From NCBI RefSeq assembly GCF_009914755.1, contig NC_060938.1: a stretch of DNA of 64,000 nucleotides. One strand, given 5' to 3'. The translations under genes were made by a program, and so were the position numbers. This document shows, piece after piece, positions 43,422-63,709 of this stretch. Origin of the DNA: the human T2T-CHM13v2.0 reference genome, Homo sapiens. Numbering within the stretch: the first letter of the stretch is position 1; each line of letters opens with the position of its first letter. Under the pieces are notes generated by a model, which saw nothing but the letters and a program-made list of their open reading frames with translations, had not been told where the DNA came from and ran no database searches.

Positions 43422-44387
43422 ATGTGGAAAAGCCTTGGCTGGGCTTCCGGATGCAGCAGACCAGTGTTGCCTTACAGCAGGAAGCCAGGGCTCTGTCCAG
43501 GCGCTGGCCTTCCAAGTGTCCCGCTCCAGCTGTCTTCCAGTTGCTGCTCTCTTAGAATGAGGCATCCACAGTACCTACCTGCTGCACTTCCACTTTTCTG
43601 CACCATATTCTATTTTCCAGGGCCTCCCTGGGCTTGTTGCTGGTTCTCCTGGCTGCTGGAGTGTGCACCTCTACCCCTGGAGTGTGCCCAGTGTGTCTAG
43701 CCAGTGGGGAGGGCGGTAGGCAGAGCTGGACATGGGAACTAGGTTATCTGGATACAGAAGTGCATGCAAGGCCCCTCTGCTGGAGGATGCTGTTAGAGGT
43801 GGGAAGAGAAGGGTGATGGGCTGTGGGCCAGGGTCTCCATTTGTATCTTGACTAGTTCAGGGTGGGCCTGCTTCAGACCCCTGCGGCTGGGGTAGTTGGG
43901 GGAGATGTGCTTGTAGGTGATACATTTGTGACACCCCAGTTTGAAGACCTCAGAATCACCGTGTCTGCCGACACAGAAAGGCTGTTAGGGCTCCAGGCTG
44001 TCTCCTGAATTATGTTTCTTTAGGGAAGTTTTCACCATGTTTACTGCTCACTTGGTGGTCATTTCCTACCTACAAAAGTCACTCTTTTTCTCCTGGAAAA
44101 GCAGACAGGAGTCAAACTAACAAAGGCATATGGAGAAGAGGGGCTCAGCCAGGCTCTCTTACCCACTGAGGAACCCTCACTCATGACAGCCTTCCAGTGG
44201 AGAAGCAGTCGAAATCATGGCTTGTAGCCCCCGCAATGGAAATAGCTTTATTTTTATTAGAGGAAATCATTGAAATGACTTACAGGCATACTTGACTACA
44301 AGTAATAGAGGTGTGGAAATGTTTTAACTCATTTGCAAATACTTGAAGTACAAAATTTACTCAGAATTCTCATTAATGGGTATTTAT

Positions 44388-44489
44388 TTATTTTTAATTT
44401 TATTATTATTATACTTGTTTTAGGGTACATGTGCACAACGTGCAGGTTTGTTACATATGTATACATGTGCCATGTTGGTGTGCTGCACC
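44388..44489 (-). mobile_element. Severely 5'-truncated L1PA 3' end (about 100 bp)
   Basis: TTTAGGGTACATGTGCACAACGTGCAGGTTTGTTACATATGTATACATGTGCCATGTTGG with a 17-bp TSD CATTAATGGGTATTTAT (44371-44387, 44490-44506). Confidence 0.85.
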
Positions 44490-45077
44490 CATTAATGGGT
44501 ATTTATAATGTTGCTTTCAATCATTTAAACACAATAAATAATACATATCTGTCAACAGAGGACTGGTTATAAATTTATAGCACATCCGCATGCTGGAACC
44601 CAAGGCAACCATTACAGCCAGCAGCAAACTTAAAAAGATGAGGCACACTGGGTGTGGTGATGCACGTCTGTGTATCAGGTACTAGAGAGGCTGAGGTGGA
44701 GAATCCTTGAGCCCAGGAGTTCAAGTCCAGCCTGGGCAACATAGCAAGACCCTGACTCAAAAAAACAAAAATGAGAAAAAAAGATGAGCCAAGAGTAATT
44801 TATTCACATGACAAGTATATTCTGAGCCTATGGTATGTGTTAGTGCTGAGTAAAACCCTGGATAATAAAAACATGCTTTGACTTGCAAAGATATCCATCA
44901 TAGAACATTAAGTTTAAAAAGCGAGATCACAGCATACATAATACAATCACATATATGCTATCATATATTTATACAGAGGTAACAGTAACCATTTACTAAA
45001 TGCTAAGATTCACTGCACACCAAATATTAGGCTAAGCATGCATGTATGATAATTTTATTTAATCTTCACATCTATGA

Positions 45078-45413
<336 letters not shown>

Positions 45414-45549
45414 TAAGTGCATACATCTCACCTATTTCTTGCTAAATTTAATCCTTGCTATTTCATAGCTTTAGCTTTGTTTGCTGCTTCAAAGTGGAAC
45501 CCCTCCCCTCAGTTTTCTAACTGGATTTTCCTTTCTTTGTCACAGTATT

Positions 45550-45982
45550 TGTATTAGTCAGAGTTCTTCTCTAGAGGAATGGAACTTATTTTGTATATAT
45601 ATATGGGAGTTTATTAAGTATTAACTTATACAATCACAAGGTCCCACAATAGGCTGTCTGCAAGCTGAGGAGAAAGGAGAGCCAGTCCGAGTCTCAAAAC
45701 TGAAGAACTTGGAGTCTGATGTTTGAGGGCAGGAAGCATCCAGCATAGGAGAAAGATGTAGGCTGGGAGGCTAGGCCAGTGTCGGCTTTTCACACTCTTC
45801 TGCCTGCTTATATTCACTGACAGCTGATTAGATTGTGCCCACCAGATTAAGGGTGAGTCTGCCTTCCCTAGCCCACTGACTCAAATGTTAATCTCCTTTG
45901 GCAACACCTTCACAGACATGCCCAGGATTACTACTTTGCATACTTCAATCCAATCAAGTTGATACTCAGTATTAACACCACA
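45550..45982 (-). repeat. HERV-L 3' LTR (MLT2A)
   Basis: Direct repeat of 50980-51488 without the long TA tract. Confidence 0.92.
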
Positions 45983-46299
45983 AGTTCACCCCTTGTCAAC
46001 ATGAACCCATACACATCTCCTGAGATCATACATAATCTTCAAATAAAGACAAGAGTAAGGTCATAATTATGCCTAACATAATACAACTATCTTTCACACA
46101 ACTGGAAACGCACCAATCCGCAACCCAAATACTATTACATAAAGTTTACTACTTAAATGCTGATGTGAAGTCAATAAATCTTATGTCACATGATAAAGGA
46201 AAAGAGAAATAAAATGAAGATATTTTCTTAGTGCAGGTGTACACATGCACCAACATGTTTTTAACAAAAGAAGGAGGAAATACTCATGACAATTACAGT

Positions 46300-49136
46300 C
46301 CTCGTTTCTATAGCTGATCACATGGTCGTAGCTGGTATTGATGACTACCTTCCTCTACTACCCATTCTGTGCTCCCTTTGCCTTCAGCAAGCGCCTCAGC
46401 AGGTCGTGGTTTTTTTCCCTGGTGGAGTGACCCAAACGTTCATTCCTGAAGGGTCTAGGTCATTTGTAGTCCTGCCGGGATTGGGCTGTTGTAGTTTCCC
46501 ATTGACCTGAATCACAGGGCATGGTAATACTAAGAGACGCTCTAATGGATCTTCTGTATTCCATGCCTACCCTTTCTTACCTCTGTTATGGATTAGTAGA
46601 CTAATTTCATCTTGATAGTCCAGGTCAATCAGCCCAGCCACCTGGTGAGGACAAATTTCTGCCCTTTCTATGATGGAAGAGGTCCAATATAGTTAACTTG
46701 CCACCAGGTAGCTGGCTGATCACCCCGAGGAATGGTTATTGAGGGTTCAGTGTTGGTCTCTGCTGCTGGCAAATTAGGCACTCAGCAGTGGCCGTAGCCA
46801 TGTCAGCCTTGGTGAGTGGAAGTCCATGTTGCTGAGCCCATGTGTAACCTCCATCCCTGCCACCATGGCCACTTTGTTCATGGGACCTTTGGGCAATGAC
46901 AGGGCTGGCTGGGGAAAGAGGCTGAGTGGTGTCCACAGAACGGGTCATCCTATTCACTTGATTATTAAAATCCTCCTCTGTTGAGGTCACCCGTTGGTGA
47001 GCAAGTGCTCACCAACATGGGATACAAATATCTTCACAGTTTTTGACCACTCAGGTCCGTCCACATACCTCTTTCCCAAATTTCTTAGTCACTAATTTTC
47101 CAATCGTGCTTCTTCCAAGTCCCTGACCATCTAGCAAAACCATTGGCTGCAGCCCATGAATCAGTATATAATTGCACATCTGGCCATTTCTCCTTCCATG
47201 CAAAGTGCACAACCAGGTGCACTGCTCGAAGTTCTGCCCACTGAGAATATTTGCTTTCACCTCTGTCCTTCAGGGATGTCCTAGAAAGGGGCTGTAGTGC
47301 TGCAGCTGTCCACTTTTGGGTGGCGCCTGCATGTCGTACAGAACCATCTGTGAACCAGGCCCTAGTCTTCTGTTTCTCTGTCAACTGATCATAGGGAACT
47401 CTCCATTAGGCCATGAATGCAGGCTGGGGGAGAGAAGGCAGGGTGGCAGGAGTGGAGTCCATGGGTTTTTGAGTCACTTCCTCATGTAACTTACTTGTGC
47501 CTTCAGGACCTGTTTGAGCCTGATCAAGTATATACGACTTCCATTGGATGATGGGATGCTGCTGTGCACGACCCACTTTATGTCTAGATGGGTCAGAAAG
47601 CACCCAGTTCATGATAGGCAGTTCAGGTCGCATGGTGACTTGACCCATAGTCAAACGTTCGGTTTCCACCAAAGCCCAGTAACAGGCCAAGAGCTGTCTC
47701 TCAAAAGGAAAGTAGTTATCTGCAGAAGATGGCAGGGCCTTGCTCCCAAATCCTAGAAGCCTCCACTGTGATTCACCTATGGGGGCCAGCATCATTATCT
47801 GCCACTGACACCTCAAGCACCATTGGATCTGCTGGGTCATATAGCCCAAGTGGCAGAGCAGCTTGCACAGCAGACTGGGCCTGTTGCAGCGCCTTGTCCT
47901 GTTCTGGTTCTCGCTCAAAACTGGCAGCCTTTCGGGTCACTCGATAAATGGGCCAGAGTAACACACCCGAATGAGAATGTCTTGCTTCCAAAATCCAAAT
48001 AGTCCCACTAGGCATTGTTCCTCTTTCTTGGTTGTAGGAGGAGCCAAATACAGCAACTTATCTTTCCCCTTAGAAGGAATATCTCGACAGGCTCCACACC
48101 ACTTGACCTCTAGAAATTTTACTGAGGTAGAAGGTCCCTGAATTTTAGTCAGATTTATTTCCCATTCTCTGGCACGCAAATGTCTCACCAATAAGTCCAG
48201 TGTGTTTGCTACTTCTTGCTCACTGGAGCCAATCAGCATAATGTCATTAATGTAATGGACCAGTGTGATATCTTGCAGAAGCAAAAAGTAATCAAGTTCT
48301 CTCCAAATAAGATTATGACACAAAGCCAAAGAGTTGATATACCCCTGAGGTAGGACAGTAAAGGTATATTGCTGGTCTTGCCAGCTGAAGGCAAATTGCT
48401 TCTGGTGGGCCTTATGGACAGAAATGGAGAAAAAGGCATTTGCCAAGTCCATGGCTGCATACTAGGTACCAGGAGACGTATTAATTTGCTCAAGCAATGA
48501 AACCACATCTGATACAGCAGCTGCAACTGGAGTCACCACTTGGCTTAGCTTATGATAATCCACTGTCATTCTCCAAGATCCATCTGTCTTCTGCACAGGC
48601 CAAATGGAAGAGTTGAATGGGGATGTGGCGGGAATCACCACCTCTGCATCTTTCAAGTCGTTGGTGGTGGCACTAATCTCTGCAGTTCCTCCAGGAATGT
48701 GATATTGTTTTTGATTTACTATTTTTCTAGGTAGAGACAGCTCTAATGGCTTCCATTTGGCCTTTCCCACCATAATAGCTCTCACCCTACCAGTCAGGGA
48801 GCCAATGTGGGGGTTCTGCCAGCTGCTAAGTATGTCTGTGCCAATTACGCATTCTGGCACTGGGGAAATGACCATAGGATGAGTCTGGGGACCCACTGGA
48901 CCCACTGTAAGTTGGACCTGAGCTAAAACACCATTAATTACCTGACCTCCATAAGCCCCTACTTTAACTGGAGGACCACAATGATGTTTTGGGTCCCCTG
49001 GAATCAATGTCAGCTCAGAGCTAGTGTCCAGTAGTCCCCGAAATGTCTGATCATTTCCCTTTCTCCAATGCACAGTTACCCTGGTAAAAGGCTGGATTTG
49101 GAGGTCTCCTTGGGGAAGGATGGGAGAAAGATTCAC
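46300..49136 (-). pseudogene. pol: HERV-L pol (PR-RT-RNase H-IN N-terminus) plus dUTPase remnant, disrupted
   Basis: PR LLDTSS, RT DLANAFF / LPQGY / HYINDI (YxDD mutated), RNase H FTDGS / AELRA / TDS, and IN HHCC (HEQSGH...CLIC). A junction near 46640 leads into dUTPase GLIDLDYQDEI. Confidence 0.9.
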
Positions 49137-49193
49137 TGCATAAATTGTTGGTAATGTAGTGGGGTCCTTCTTCCAGGGAACCCAGTCTCCCTT

Positions 49194-50935
49194 TCATTCA
49201 AGTGTTTCTGGGTATGTAAACTGGCTCAAGTCTGGAAATTGATTGAGGGGTTGTGATTCTCTGTTTTTATAATTCAAATTAGTCTTTTGTCCATTCAATC
49301 TAGTTTTCTCATTATATAAATTAAGTAGGAATTCAGTAGGCTTCCTGTCAATTTCACTTCTACGAACACAGTGATTAATCAGCCAATGACAGAGCTCTAC
49401 ACGAGTCAGACTATTTTGATTGCTGCTTTGTCTCTGCTCTCCATTACGGTAGCTATGCCCACCTAGCCTTTGATGGTTGAGTGCTGCCACTTGGCCCCTG
49501 CTACCTCGGGATCCAATTATTCCCATTGTATTTAAATTTCATAGTTGAGTGACTGCAGTTCCCACTGTTACATTTGACATGCAGAGAAGAGCAATTACAG
49601 GGCTCTTCAAAGATGCAGGTGCTGCCCTCACAAGTCTATTTCACAAGGCATTAGTTAAGGGTATATCTTCTGGATCCTCCCAACTGGGATGAGTAGGTCT
49701 AAAGGGACTAATCCAGTCCACCATCCCAATCTCCCTAAGCCTTTGGATTCCTTCCTGTACATTAAGCCAAGGAAGATCAGGCATTTCCAGCTCACTCACA
49801 GTGGGCCATCTTTTAATCTATATTTCAGCTAACCAAGCAAATAAACTATTAGAACCTTTTTTTTTTAAACTCCCTGAGCTGCAACATTAAAAGTGAGTCC
49901 CTACTTATTGGGCCCAAATCAATACATTCAGCCTGATCCGACTCTGTGTTCCTTCCACCATTATCCTATGCCCTTAATATCCATTCCCATGCCTATTCTC
50001 CAGATTTCTGTTTATATAAATTAGAAAACTCAAACAGTTCTTTCTGAGTGTAGCGCACCCCCTCATGGGTCACACTCTCAACCTCACCTCTAGGGGTCCG
50101 CCGGGACTTTAGTTACAGGTCTAGAAGCAAACAGGGGTGTTGGGGGTGGCTCCTGAGGAGAATCAACATTATTTTTCCTGGCAACTGCCTCAGGGGAGGC
50201 CATCACTGTTGCCTCCGGAAGGGCAGGGTTTATCTCCTCAGACAAAGGTGGAAAGGCTGATGGCAGCATGGGTCCGGGTGGGGATGTTGCCACTACTGGG
50301 GATGGGGAAGCTGTTGCTTCTGGCAAAAAAGTTTCCTCAGAGTTCACAAACTCGGTGTCCCCAGCTTCACCAAGATCCTCCCACACATCCCCATTCCAAG
50401 TTGCAGGGTCTCATTCTTTTCTAATTGGTGCCCTCACTTTAACAGTAGACAGCTGACAAGGCTGTGTATGCAACTTTCATTGCAGGTCAGCCATTTGCGT
50501 GATAAGAGCTTGTCTCTGTTTTTCCACAATTTCACTTCTTTCTCTACAGCAGATAAGACTCTCACTCAGGGTAATCTTAGCAGATTTTAGACGTGGTATC
50601 TGCTTCTGAAGCTGGGAGACAGAATCTCTGAGTTCATCATTTTCTTTAATCACTTTGTCCACTGAACTTAGAAGCAACCAACTAGCTTCATTATGTTCCT
50701 TTGTTCTCCACATATGGTCAAAGTTATTATGTATAGGGTCACTAAACTTCTTGCCTCTCGTGAGCGGTGAATCAGGAGAGTCCAGTGCATTTATTTTGCA
50801 TAACTCTTTAAATGGTTTACACCAAGGACTATCAGTGCTCTCCATACTATTAGAAGTAGAGTCCTTAGCATTTTTGAGTCTAATCATATTAAGCAGCCAA
50901 CTCCAGAAACCCCCAAACCAACAAAAGAACTCCAT
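49194..50935 (-). pseudogene. gag: HERV-L gag, disrupted
   Basis: ORF fragments FWSWLLNMIRLKNAKDSTSNSMESTDSPW, WEDLGEAGDTEFVNS and GQVAALNHQR resemble ERV-L gag. Confidence 0.85.
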
Positions 50936-50956
50936 TCTTAATATTCTGTTCCTCTA

Positions 50957-50974
50957 GAAGCACTCCTGGTGCCA
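50957..50974 (-). other. Primer-binding site, tRNA-Leu-type
   Basis: Minus strand TGGCACCAGGAGTGCTTC directly after the LTR, as in ERV-L elements. Confidence 0.8.
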
Positions 50975-50979
50975 AAATC

Positions 50980-51017
50980 TGTATTAGTCAGGGTTCTCTA
51001 GAGGGACAGAACTAATA

Positions 51018-51060
<43 letters not shown>

Positions 51061-51488
51061 ATAGAATATACATATACATATATGTGTGTGTATATATATG
51101 TATAGGTATATGTATATATATAGGAGTTTATTACATGATCACAAGGTTCCACAATAGGCTGTCTGCAATCTGAGGGGCAAGGAGAGCCCATGTGAGTCCC
51201 AAAACTGAAGAACTTGGAGTCTGATGTTCGAGGACAGGAAGCATCCAGCATGAGAGAAATATGTAGGCTGGGAGCCTAGACCAGTCTCACCTATTCACAT
51301 TCTTCTGCCTGCTGTATATTCGATGGAAGCTGATTAGATAGTACTCACCAGATCAAGGGTGGGTCTGCCTTCCCCAGCCCATGACTCAAATGTTAATCTC
51401 CTTTGGCAACACCCTCACAGACATGCCCAGGATTAATACTTTGCATCCTTCAATCCAATCAAGTTGACACTCAGTATTAATCATCACA
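50980..51488 (-). repeat. HERV-L 5' LTR (MLT2A) with expanded (TA)n
   Basis: TGTATTAGTCAGGGTTCTCTAGAGGGACAGAAC...CAGTATTAATCATCACA, with a (TA)n-rich tract at about 51020-51121. Confidence 0.92.
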
Positions 51489-52528
51489 TACGGGGTTTCA
51501 CCTTCTTGGCCAGGCTGATCTCGAACTGACTCAGCCTCACAAAGTGTTGGGATTACAGGTGTGAGCCACCATGCCTGGCCCAGTTTTAAATACTTTTAAG
51601 TGCATGCATCTCACCTATTTCTTGTTAAATTTAATCTTTGGTATTTCACAGCTTTAGCTTTGTTTACTGCTTCAAAGTGGAACCCCTCCCCTCAGTTTTC
51701 TTTTCTAACTGGATTTTCCTTTTTATGTCATGATATTTGATTCTTGGGTGAAAATTTTCTACTCAGCCACTGTATTGAACCACCTTATTTTTTTATTTTG
51801 GTGAAATTCTTATGACAGAAATTTAACCATTTTAAAGTGAAAAATTCAGTGTGAATTTAGTACATTCACGATGTTGTGCACCCACCATCTCTGTCTAGTT
51901 CCAAAACATTTAGTCACCCCAAAATAGAACCCTGTGCCCATTAAGCTGTTCTACCCCATGAACCATCTTACTTTTCTGAATTGATTTTTTGGAAACCAGA
52001 TCTGTGGACTCCATGGGTACCATTGAGCCATGTAGCATTGCCAGGTAGGGAAATGAAACAGGTGTATGTTTTCCCCAAATCTTAGACATATCCCTACCCT
52101 CATTCTCAGCCTGCTAGGAAATAAATAGTTCAAGAAATTCACAGTGAAATGACCCTAGACCTCCTCTGGCTGGTCACAAGCCTGGGCCTTGCTGCCAAGG
52201 ATAATTGGTGCTTCCGCAAGGCTGGAGCTGAGCTATGTGCTGCCAGGGCTGGCCAAGAAGCCCTGGGTGCTTGGAATGGGTCGAGGAGTGGGAGTGTGGG
52301 CAAACAAGCCTGGAAAGCCAGTCTGGTTTGTCATGGTCAACACCTAGGGACCTACATTTGCATACGATCTGCATATTATTTTTATAAACTGAAACTCATC
52401 CTTAAATTTCCAACATTCTTTAAAAAATTTTACGTTTAAAATAATACATGACCCCCCCCTTTTTTTCTTACTGTTATCAGAACTCTGCCTTTTAATCTCA
52501 TATTCTGTTTGTCTATTGCTAGGGTTGC

Positions 52529-52916
52529 TGTGTGTGTGTGTGTGTGTGTGTCTGTGTGTGTGTATGTATATGTGTGTATATGTGTGTGTATGTATATTCG
52601 TGTGTATATGTGTATGTATATATGTATGTATGTGTGTATATGTGTATGTGTGTGTATGTGTGTATATGTGTGTGTATGTGTGTATGTGTGTGTATGTGTG
52701 TATGCATGTGTGTATATGTGCGTGTATGTGTGTTGTGTGTATGTGTGTATGTATATGTGTATGTATATGTGTGCGTGTATGTGTGTGCGTGTATGTATGT
52801 GTATATGTATATGTGTATGTATGAGTGTGTATATGTGTGTGTATGTGTGTGTGTATGTGTGTGTATGTGTGTATGTGTATATATATGTGTGTGTATGTGT
52901 GTGTGTGTGTGTGTGT
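52529..52916. repeat. Compound (TG)/(TA) microsatellite, about 390 bp
   Basis: Directly visible alternating purine-pyrimidine tract. Confidence 0.97.
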
Positions 52917-53667
52917 ATTGATCTGGGTGCCATGTCCTGTGCTAGGCACTGAAGACATAAAGACAGTAATAACCTAGGCCCGGCCTTCAATGAGCTCCCA
53001 TCAACTTTCTTGACTCTACGCCATGGCTCTCCACCTCTGTACCCCGTGGCTTCTTGCTTCTCTTTCTTCACATGCAGCCAGCGCTGAGGCTGTGGATTAG
53101 TTGTATGTAGCAGAGACCAGGTGTGGGGCCAAGTAGGCTCACAGAGTCAGCTCTCAGTGGGTCACTGTGCCAGGACAGTTGTGACTCCTTGTGGGTGGTA
53201 ACCCTGCACGCTCCGAGCCCCTGCCTTGGGCTTTTGTACTCAGCTCCCCTGAGTATCTAATGTTGGCGTCCCAAGTGTACCATGCACTTGGATCTGGGCC
53301 CCGCTCGGGTAGGGTGGGAGGCTGATCCTGGGCGACACTGGAGATGATGCCTGAATCGGTTGGTTTGGGTTTCCTCTTTGTTGCACTCCGGGAGCAACCT
53401 CAGAATCCACACTAAGGACCCCTCCAGCCTGCTGGCCTCACAGTTCCTACCTTACCTCTCCTGTCCTTTGACCTATTCTCTTTTTCAATTATATATTTTC
53501 TTTATTGATCATTTAAATAGAAATTTCTGAAAGAATTAACGTGTTAATTAAACTAAGATTCAACAATTTGCCATAGTTGGTACTGTATTGTGGAAGTAAA
53601 TATGAACAGCAAGACGTCTGGTCATAGAAAATAGAGTCAAATCAAGATTTAAAGTTGAATCAAGCAA

Positions 53668-53819
53668 CAGTAAGCTGCCATACAGGCAAAATGATCCACA
53701 GAAGCGAGGAATGGAGCCCAGGGCCCAGGTGATGAGATCTCAGCAGTAAGCTGCCATACAGGCAAAATGATCCACAGAAGCGAGGAATGGAGCCCAGGGC
53801 CCAGGTGATGAGACCTCAG
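53668..53819 (+). repeat. Tandem duplication, 2 x 76 bp
   Basis: CAGTAAGCTGCCATACAGG...GATGAGA(T/C)CTCAG repeated with one mismatch. Confidence 0.97.
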
Positions 53820-54068
53820 TTACCCCCGATGCCTCATTTTCCTGTGTTCTATCTAGAGCTCTACCTACATGTAAGCCAACAGAGAAATTCTGGGAGAACC
53901 TTTGACTGATTTTAAGTGGAATAGATGAATAATTACCTCATTTCATAGAAGTGTGAGTGTCAGAGATCTTGGCAGATCAACATTCTCCCCCTACCCTACT
54001 CTTTCTTTCGTTTTACATTTTTTACTTTAAACATACACAAAAGTAAAACAATTGTTCATTAAACTTGC

Positions 54069-54424
54069 TGTATTAGTCTGCTCTCCAGCTGCTAATAAAG
54101 ACATACCCGAGACTGGGTAATTTATAAAGGAAAGACGTTTAATTGACTCACAGTTCCCCATGGCTGGGGAGGCCTCACAATCATGGCAGAAGGCAAAAGA
54201 GGAGCAAAATCACGTCTTGTACGGTGGCAGGGAAGATAGTGTGTGCAGCGGAACTCCCCTTTATAAAACCATCAGATCTCGTGAGACTTATTCACTACCA
54301 CGCGAATAGTATGGCGGAAACCGCCCCCGTGATTCAATTATTTCCACCTGGCCCCACCCTTGATACTTGGGGATTATTACAATTCAAGGTGAGATTTGGA
54401 TGCGGACACAACCAACCCATATCA
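54069..54424. mobile_element. THE1-type MaLR solo LTR
   Basis: TGTATTAGTCTGCTCTCCAGCTGCTAATAAAGACATACCCGAGACTGGG...CCATATCA with an exact 5-bp TSD CTTGC. Confidence 0.9.
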
Positions 54425-54591
54425 CTTGCTGTACCCATTATGCAACTTCAACAAACATTAGTGACCAACTTTATTTCATGTATACCTCATTCACTCTCCC
54501 TACTCCCTTATTTTCAAGCAAATCCAAGTTCTTAAAAATATATATATATATATGAAAGTGGTATTGGGTTATGTTTTTTTAAGAGTCTTTA

Positions 54592-54977
<386 letters not shown>

Positions 54978-55702
54978 TTAATAGATTGACTCATTATAGG
55001 TTGGAAAAATGATTATATTCTGCCAATATTTCTGTGTTGTTTAGCTAATCTTATAAAGAGAATTGGTCTTATCAAGTAACTAGTTTATTATAGTAATTAA
55101 TTTCTATATTTAATTAATTAATAAAAATAATTAATTTGTTATAACAAATATTATAGAAAAAGTAGGATGAAACCTTTATTCTTTCTTTTTACTTATTTAC
55201 CAGTTTTGAAGGTAGTAAGTTGGTTCTCTAGCATCTTCCAAAGGTTACCAATGATTTTTTTAGTATTGATATGAGCTAATGAATTAGATATACTTGATGT
55301 GTTTCAATCCTACAGTTATTATCTTTATCAATGGTAAAATTGTCCTATCTTTAGCCAGTGAGGATTTACTTGGTTTGATTCCTGAGTCTTTTTGACACAA
55401 TCTTAGTAGTCTTTGACAGTTTCCTTGCTATCTGATACCATAAGATATTTCAGATTTATCTTGTACATTTCCTGCCTCAGAATTGTCCATTTGTCAAGAC
55501 TTCCAACTCCTTTTAATGGGAATGATATTTAGAGACCATAATCTATGTGCTTGAGTGCTCATTACTATTTAGTTCATTAGTATAGCTGGGCCTTTTGTGT
55601 GGACAGAACTAGAAAAGATGAGTGTACATATGTAGATATTTAGGATAAAATTAATCATGAGTTCATATTGATATTTCTAGTTCAAATTCAAGATTGTAGA
55701 TT

Positions 55703-62503
<6,801 letters not shown>

Positions 62504-63142
62504 CTATGTTATATTTAGTCATTATGTTTCCTTAGCTTCCTCTTGGCTGCGACAGTGTCTCAGACTTCCCTTGTTTCTGGTGACTTTGACAGTTTGATTA
62601 GTACTGGTCAGGTATTTCAATTAAGATCCCTTAATTGAAATTTGATGTTTTTCTCATGAAGAGACTGGAACTGTGGGAGTTGGGGAGGAAGACCACAGAG
62701 GTAAAGTGCCACTCTCCTCTCCTTATATCAAGGGTGCATCCTGTCAGCATGACTTATCGCAGTTGCTGTTGACCTTGATCATCTGTCAGGTTTCTCCACT
62801 GTGAAGTTACTATTTCTTCCCTTTCCATTCTGTCCACCTAGGAGGGAAGTCACTGTGTATAGCCCACACTTGGAGAGTGAGGGGTTAGTTATGCTCCACC
62901 TCCTGGAGGGTAGAGGTTCTACGTACATTATGAAAATTCTGCATGGGAGATGTGTCTCCTCTATACCATTTATATGATTTATTTCATCATTTATTAATGT
63001 CAGAATGGAACCTGAATATTTATTATACTTTGGGTTTTAATCCAATACTGCTTTATTTATTTTGTTGCTTAAACTGTTTCAGCTTGGGGCATTGGAGCTC
63101 TTTCAGCTGGTTCCTGTGTCCCTTTGATATACCCCCATTATT

Positions 63143-63709
63143 GTGTCTATGTGTGTGTGTGTGTGTGTCTATGTGTCTGTGTGTCTCTGTGTGTGTGTGT
63201 ATATATGTGTCTGTGTGTGTGTCTATGTATGTCTCTGTGTGCATGTGTATGTATGTGTCTGTGTGTGTATGTGTGTCTGTGTATGTGTCTGTGTCTGTGT
63301 GTGTCTGTATGTGTCTCTGTGTGTATGTGTATGTGTCTGTGTGTGTGCATGCATCTTTGTGTGTGTATGTCTGTATGTGTGTCTGTGTGTGTGTCTCTGT
63401 GTGTATGTGTGTGCATGTGTGTGTGTGTCTGTGTCTGTGTGTGTGTCTGTGTGTTTGTGTGTCTGTTTGTACCTGTGTATGTGTCTCTCTGTGTGTCTGT
63501 GTGTGTATGTGTCTGTGTGTGTATGTGTCTGTGTATGTGTGTGTGTCTCAGTGTGTATGTGTCTGTGTATGTGTGTCTCTCTGTGTGTATGTGTATGTGT
63601 CTGTATGTGCGTTTCTGTGTGTGTGTCTGTGTGTGCATCTCTGTGAGTATATATGTGTCTGTATGTGCGTTTCTGTGTGTGTGTCTGTGTGTGTGTCCGT
63701 GTGTGTGTG
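63143..63709. repeat. Degenerate (TG)n/(TGTGTC)n simple repeat, about 570 bp
   Basis: Directly visible. Confidence 0.97.

Larger units (their letters stand above)
45550..51488 (-). mobile_element. HERV-L provirus with MLT2A LTRs, integrase/dUTPase partly deleted
   Basis: Paired MLT2A-type LTRs, Leu-type PBS, gag-pro-RT-RNase H-IN-dUTPase remnants on the minus strand, no env, and PPT GACAAGGGGTGAACT. Confidence 0.94.

Noticed and set aside
52344-53071. Long His/Thr- and Cys/Val-rich ORFs
   Set aside because: They are translations of the (TG)n microsatellite, which is stop-poor in most frames.
53100-53460. Mildly CpG-rich patch with PBS-like TGGCGTCCC
   Set aside because: Too short for a CpG island, and I could not identify an LTR or tRNA match with confidence.
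53668-53819. Direct repeats as a CRISPR-like array
   Set aside because: Only two adjacent copies, no spacer, and a eukaryotic context.
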